NCBI GenBank assembly: GCA_963781595.1
Contig: CAWAGG010000001.1
Location: 22,775-86,774, forward strand
Source of the DNA: an uncultured Actinomycetota bacterium
GTDB lineage: Bacteria > Actinomycetota > UBA4738
Direction of reading: 5' to 3'
Length of the DNA stretch: 64,000 nt
Below are positions 59,433 through 64,000 of the stretch, piece after piece. Below the pieces are notes generated by a model that did no database searches, was not told where the DNA came from, and saw only the letters and a program-made list of their open reading frames with translations. The position numbers were made by a program, and so were the translations under genes. Position 1 is the stretch's first letter. Every line of letters begins with the position of its first letter.

Positions 59433-60089
59433 TCATCCAGCGCCGGCCGCGGCGGCGTCGGCCACGATCACCAACCGGCCGGGGGCGATCCGTGCCGCGG
59501 GCACGTCCCGTCCGGCCAGCAGCCACGAGAGGGGCTCCCGCTTGCCGCTCCCGGAGACGAGGAACGCCCCGAGCGCCGCCGACGACAGCGCCGGCACGGT
59601 CATCGAGACGCGCGGGACGAACGGCTCGAACCCGGCCTCCGGGACGCGCACGACCCATCGCTGCGTCTCCTCCACCTCGGGCCTGCCCGGGTACAGCGAC
59701 GCGGTGTGCCCGTCGGGCCCGAGCCCGTAGACGGCCAGATCGAACCCGAGCTGTGCGCCGAACCGTTCGTGGAGCACGCGCTCGTACCCCTCGGCATCGC
59801 ACGTCGCGCCGTCGATCGGGTACGCGCGTGCCGGAACGTGATCCAGCAGGGCGCGCGCCGCCATGCGCGCGTTCGACCGCTCGTCGGATGCCGGCACGCA
59901 GCGCTCGTCGCCGAAGAAGCATTCGAGTTCCCGCCACGGGTAGTCGACCTGCGCGAGGGCCCGGTAGAAGGCCTCGGGCGTCGAACCGCCGGACAGGACG
60001 ACCGTGCGGGGACCCACCTCGAGGAACAGCTCGACGGCCGCGGCGGCGACGTCGTCGACGACGAGGAGCTCCGGTTCGATCCGATCCAT
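59433..60089 (-). CDS. pgl: 6-phosphogluconolactonase
   Basis: LSGGSTP, FFGDERCV, GLGPDGHTASL. Confidence 0.92.
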   Translation of the reverse strand: MDRIEPELLVVDDVAAAAVELFLEVGPRTVVLSGGSTPEAFYRALAQVDYPWRELECFFGDERCVPASDERSNARMAARALLDHVPARAYPIDGATCDAEGYERVLHERFGAQLGFDLAVYGLGPDGHTASLYPGRPEVEETQRWVVRVPEAGFEPFVPRVSMTVPALSSAALGAFLVSGSGKREPLSWLLAGRDVPAARIAPGRLVIVADAAAAGAG

Positions 60090-60129
60090 CGCCCGCCGCC
60101 GGTCGGAGCGCGAACCCAGCCGCCGCTCG

Positions 60130-60555
60130 CTACCCGACGATGGACGCGAGGGTGCCCCTCAGCGCGTCGTACTTCGCCGGACCGAGCTTGCGACGGATCC
60201 TCGCCTCGGCGGCCGTGACCGCCTTGCCGGCCTCGGCGCGCTCCCTCTGGCCCTTCGGCGTCAGGGACACGATCTTCGCCCGCGCGTCCTGGGGGTCGGG
60301 TGCGCGCTTGACCAAACCCATCCCGTCGAGGTCGTTCACGACCTGCATCATGGCCTGCTTCGTGATGCCGGCCCGCGCGGCGAGATCGGTCAGCCGAACG
60401 CCCTTCTTGTCGATCAGCAGGATCGCGGTGGCGTGCCGTGGGCTGAGGTCAGACGCGCCCCGTGCCTCGAGGGCGTCGTCCACCTGGGCGTCCAGGACGC
60501 GGAACGCCTCGAGCAACATCCGGTTCAGGTACTGCGTGTCTGCCATGCCCGCCAT
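60130..60555 (-). CDS. MarR family regulator
   Basis: RLTDLAARAGITKQAM, PDPQDARAK..LTPKG. Confidence 0.9.
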   Translation of the reverse strand: MAGMADTQYLNRMLLEAFRVLDAQVDDALEARGASDLSPRHATAILLIDKKGVRLTDLAARAGITKQAMMQVVNDLDGMGLVKRAPDPQDARAKIVSLTPKGQRERAEAGKAVTAAEARIRRKLGPAKYDALRGTLASIVG

Positions 60556-60635
60556 CCTGTCCGCAGGCCGCCGATCCGTCAACCCTCTTTACCGAATCGC
60601 AGCGAGGGACAGACGCCCGCTAGGCTGTGCGCTCG

Positions 60636-61157
60636 TTGAGCCAGGTGCCCGCGTTCGACATCCGACCCGTTCGGCCCGAGGAGTACGACGAGGCCGGCCG
60701 GATCGTCGCGCTCGCCTACCGGGAGTTCGTCCCGCCGGGCGAGGAGCGGCCCGACTGGCTCGAGTACCTCGACGCGCTCGCCGACGTCGCGGGACGCGTG
60801 GACCGAACGACCGTGCTGGTCGCCGTCGACCGGGCAGACACCGTCCTCGGGTGCCTCACGATCGAGGAGGACGACGTGATCGGGGACGACGACGAGTGGG
60901 TCGAAGCGGGCGCGAGCCACGTCCGGATGCTCGGCGTCGACCCGCAGGCTCGCGGTCGCGGCGTCGGACGTGCGCTGATGGATGCCGCGATCGAACGCGC
61001 GCGCACACTGGAGAAGCGGTTCGTGACGCTCCGGACCACGTCGCTCATGACCGCGGCACAGGGCCTGTACCGGTCGATGGGGTTCGAACCCGACCCGTCA
61101 CACGACATCGTCCTGGACGACGGCTTCCGGCTGATCGCGTACCGCTTGGCCCTTTAG
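60636..61157 (+). CDS. GNAT acetyltransferase
   Basis: VRMLGVDPQARGRGVG, AQGLYRSMGF; start uncertain. Confidence 0.88.
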   Translation: MSQVPAFDIRPVRPEEYDEAGRIVALAYREFVPPGEERPDWLEYLDALADVAGRVDRTTVLVAVDRADTVLGCLTIEEDDVIGDDDEWVEAGASHVRMLGVDPQARGRGVGRALMDAAIERARTLEKRFVTLRTTSLMTAAQGLYRSMGFEPDPSHDIVLDDGFRLIAYRLAL

Positions 61158-61174
61158 CCGCGGGCTGCGGGCCC

Positions 61175-63217
61175 TCAGCCCGACCGCACGACCTGGCCGG
61201 TCGCGAGCACTACGCCGTCCTCGCATTCGGCTTCGACCTCGCCGCCTTGGAACTGCTGCTGGTACAGCTGCGCGTAGAGCCCGCCGCGTGCGAGCAGCTC
61301 GGGATGGGTCCCGCGCTCGACGATCCGGCCGCGGTCCACGACGAAGATCACGTCCGCCTCCAGGATCGTGGACAACCGGTGCGCGATCGCGATCGTCGTT
61401 CGGCCCTTCATCAGTGGGTCGAGCGCGGCCTGGACGAGACGCTCGGACGTCGTGTCGAGCGACGACGTCGCCTCGTCGAGGATCAGGATCCGTGGATCCT
61501 TCAGGACCACGCGGGCGATCGCCAGACGCTGTTTCTCCCCGCCCGACAGGCGGTACCCGCGCTCCCCGACGACCGTGTCGTACCCGTCCGGCATCTCGAC
61601 GATCCGGTCGTGGATGAACGCCGCGCGGGCCGCGCGCTCGATCTCCTCCTGCGTCGCCGCCGGCCTGCCGTAGAGGAGGTTCTCCCGCACGGTCGTGTGG
61701 AACAGGTACGTCTCCTGGGTCACGACGCCGATGATCTCGCCGAGCGATTCGAGCTTGATGTCGTGGACGTCGATGTCGTCGATCTCGACGGCACCGTCGG
61801 TCGCGTCGTAGAGGCGTGGGACGAGGTACGTGATCGTGGTCTTCCCCGCCCCGCTGGGGCCGACCAGGGCGGCCAGCTGGCCGGGTTCGATCTCGAAGTC
61901 GACATCCTCGAGGTTCCACTCGCGCGAGCGCTCGTTCTCCAGGACCAGCTCGACCGCCGACGCCTCGACGTCTGGCGCGAGCGGTGCGCCCGACGCGACC
62001 ATCGCCTCCGCGACCGGCTCCTGGTCAGCCTGGTCGGGCGCGTCCCTCGGCGTGTCGTAGCGGAAGAAGACGTGCCGGAGCCGCACCTTCCCACCGACCT
62101 CGGCGGGTGCGAGCGCGCGCGCGTCCGGCGCGTCCGTGATCTCGTGCTCCATGTCCAGGTAGTCGAAGATCCGCGAGAACAGCGCGAGCGAGGACTGCAC
62201 CTCGACGCTCACCTGCAGCATCGAACCGATCGGGAAGAACAGCCGGCTCTGGAGCGTCGTGAACGCGACGATCGTCGGCAGCGTGATCCCCGCGGCCGGG
62301 TTGCCGTTCATCACGATGCCCGCGACCAGGTAGACGAGCGCCGGCATGATCGAGAAGAACACGCCGACGATCGCGAAGAACGACCGGCCGATCATCTGCT
62401 GGCGGATCTGGAGGTTCGCCAGGCGTTCGTTCTCGGCCCGGTAGCGCTCGATCTCGCGCGACTGACGGCCGAACGCCTTCGACAGCAGGATCCCGGAAAC
62501 GCTGAGCGTCTCCTCCGCGATCGACGTGAGGTCGGCGAGCGACTCCTGCGTCTTGACCGCGACGACCTGCCGAGCGCGTCCGACCTTCCGCTGGAGGACC
62601 AGGAAGACCGGCAGCAGCGCCAGAGATAGGAGCGTCAGCTGCCAGGACAGGTAGAACATCGCGATCAGCGTGCTCGCGATCGTGACGACGTTCGACAGGA
62701 TGCCGCTGGCGGTGTCGGTCACGACCGACTGCACGCCGCCGACGTCGTTCTGCAACCGGGACTGGATCTCGCCCGTCCGCGTGGCGGTGAAGAATCGCAG
62801 CGGCATGTGCTGCAGGTGCGCGTACAGCGAGTTCCGGAAGTCCTGCATCACGCGCTGGCCGACCACGTTCGCCATGTAGGTCTGGCCGATCCCGATCGCC
62901 GCGGTCACGATCGGGATCAGGATCATGAGCCCGACCAGCTCGAACAGTCGCTGCATGTCGATCGGCGTCGACTGGAGCGTCTCGAAGACCGGCTTGATCA
63001 GCAGGGGGTTCACCACGCCGAGCGCGGAGGTGATGATGATCAGGACCGCGACGATCGTGACCTTGCCCCGGTACGGCCGGAACGATCCGACGACGCGCTT
63101 GACGGTCCCGGGCGCGACCGGTGGCGCCTCCGGGTCGGGCAGGGTCGGGAACCAGTTCCCGTGCGGGCCGGCGCGGTCCCCCGCCGCACGCCGCATGCCC
63201 CGTCGCCCCGTCGCCAT
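61175..63217 (-). CDS. ABC exporter, fused permease/ATPase
   Basis: 6 TM, GPSGAGKT, LSGGEKQR, ILDEATSSLD, IAHRLST. Confidence 0.95.
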   Translation of the reverse strand: MATGRRGMRRAAGDRAGPHGNWFPTLPDPEAPPVAPGTVKRVVGSFRPYRGKVTIVAVLIIITSALGVVNPLLIKPVFETLQSTPIDMQRLFELVGLMILIPIVTAAIGIGQTYMANVVGQRVMQDFRNSLYAHLQHMPLRFFTATRTGEIQSRLQNDVGGVQSVVTDTASGILSNVVTIASTLIAMFYLSWQLTLLSLALLPVFLVLQRKVGRARQVVAVKTQESLADLTSIAEETLSVSGILLSKAFGRQSREIERYRAENERLANLQIRQQMIGRSFFAIVGVFFSIMPALVYLVAGIVMNGNPAAGITLPTIVAFTTLQSRLFFPIGSMLQVSVEVQSSLALFSRIFDYLDMEHEITDAPDARALAPAEVGGKVRLRHVFFRYDTPRDAPDQADQEPVAEAMVASGAPLAPDVEASAVELVLENERSREWNLEDVDFEIEPGQLAALVGPSGAGKTTITYLVPRLYDATDGAVEIDDIDVHDIKLESLGEIIGVVTQETYLFHTTVRENLLYGRPAATQEEIERAARAAFIHDRIVEMPDGYDTVVGERGYRLSGGEKQRLAIARVVLKDPRILILDEATSSLDTTSERLVQAALDPLMKGRTTIAIAHRLSTILEADVIFVVDRGRIVERGTHPELLARGGLYAQLYQQQFQGGEVEAECEDGVVLATGQVVRSG

Positions 63218-63275
63218 GGCTCCCAGCATAGCCACGCTTGCAGATGCGAAGTGACCCTCGCGGGCCGGCCGTCGC

Positions 63276-63986
63276 TCAGCGCGCGAGCGCGATGGCCCTG
63301 CCGAGCACGTCGTCCAGCATCGCGGGCGTGAGCTTGCCCGTGAACGTGTTCTGCTGGCTCGGGTGGAAGCACCCCAGCAACACCCGGTCGCCGATGGTCG
63401 CCTCCAAGCCATGGCCGAACCGCGGGCGAGGCCGCGGCACCGGCCGGCCGGCTGCGTCGAGCGCCCGGATCGCGCCGTCCCACGCGAACCCCCCGAGCGC
63501 CAGCACCACGCGGAGGGCCGGCAGGGCGCCGATCTCCCGGGCGAGGTACGGCAGGCACGCGTCCCGCTCCGCGGGAGTCGGACGGTTCCCCGGGGGCGCG
63601 CACCGGACCACGGCCGCGACGTACGCGCCGTCGAGCCGCAGGCCATCGCCCCGGCGCACCGAGGTCGGCTGGTTCGCCAGGCCCGCGCGATGGAGCCCGG
63701 CGAACAGGAAGTCGCCCGACCGGTCACCGGTGAAGATCCGGCCGGTGCGGTTGCCTCCGTGTGCGGCTGGCGCCAGCCCAACGAGGAGGACCCGCGCGGA
63801 CGGATCCCCGAACCCGGGGACCGGCTTGCCCCAGTAGTCCTCGCCGGCGAACGCGGCCCGCTTTTCGCGCGCGACCCGTTCGCGCCAGCTCACGAGCCGC
63901 GGGCACCGGCGACAGGACTCCACTTCCCAGCGCACGCGCTCCAGCGGACCGACGGTCTCCGGACCGGCGCCATCGTCCTTCGCCAT
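63276..63986 (-). CDS. udgB: Uracil-DNA glycosylase family 5 (UdgB)
   Basis: [33 protein letters not shown]. Confidence 0.92.
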   Translation of the reverse strand: MAKDDGAGPETVGPLERVRWEVESCRRCPRLVSWRERVAREKRAAFAGEDYWGKPVPGFGDPSARVLLVGLAPAAHGGNRTGRIFTGDRSGDFLFAGLHRAGLANQPTSVRRGDGLRLDGAYVAAVVRCAPPGNRPTPAERDACLPYLAREIGALPALRVVLALGGFAWDGAIRALDAAGRPVPRPRPRFGHGLEATIGDRVLLGCFHPSQQNTFTGKLTPAMLDDVLGRAIALAR

Positions 63987-64000
63987 GGTCGTTCGGATGC

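Noticed and set aside
1-64000. CRISPR arrays, rRNA, IS elements
   Set aside because: No regularly spaced direct repeats, rRNA-like sequence or transposase motifs seen.

Overview
Very GC-rich window that reads as Actinomycetota, based on Rho with a long N-terminal insertion, MarP, PAC2, an F420-type oxidoreductase, UdgB, and argS divergent from tRNA-Arg(CCG). 0-7.3 kb is a purine-catabolism operon: xanthine-dehydrogenase subunits, a deaminase, a YgeW-type carbamoyltransferase and a hydantoinase. 7.3-17.5 kb is a housekeeping block in which an archaeal-type cyclic-2,3-diphosphoglycerate (cDPG) pathway (cpgS + 2-phosphoglycerate kinase) overlaps directly into tal-rho, followed by rpmE. 17.5-52.9 kb is an accessory patchwork after the tRNA with no integrase. 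It holds three AlkZ-like (HTH_42) glycosylases, an aminoglycoside nucleotidyltransferase homologue, VOC/DinB genes, a DUF6582-cyclase fusion, a Cys-rich internally duplicated protein, tandem LAL regulators, an F420-oxidoreductase/Rieske fusion and several decayed genes. 52.9-64 kb holds an atypical ychF, a frameshifted GAF-GGDEF-GAF-HD-GYP gene, PAC2, VIT1, pgl, MarR, an ABC exporter and udgB. All family calls come from motif recognition by eye; no searches were run.
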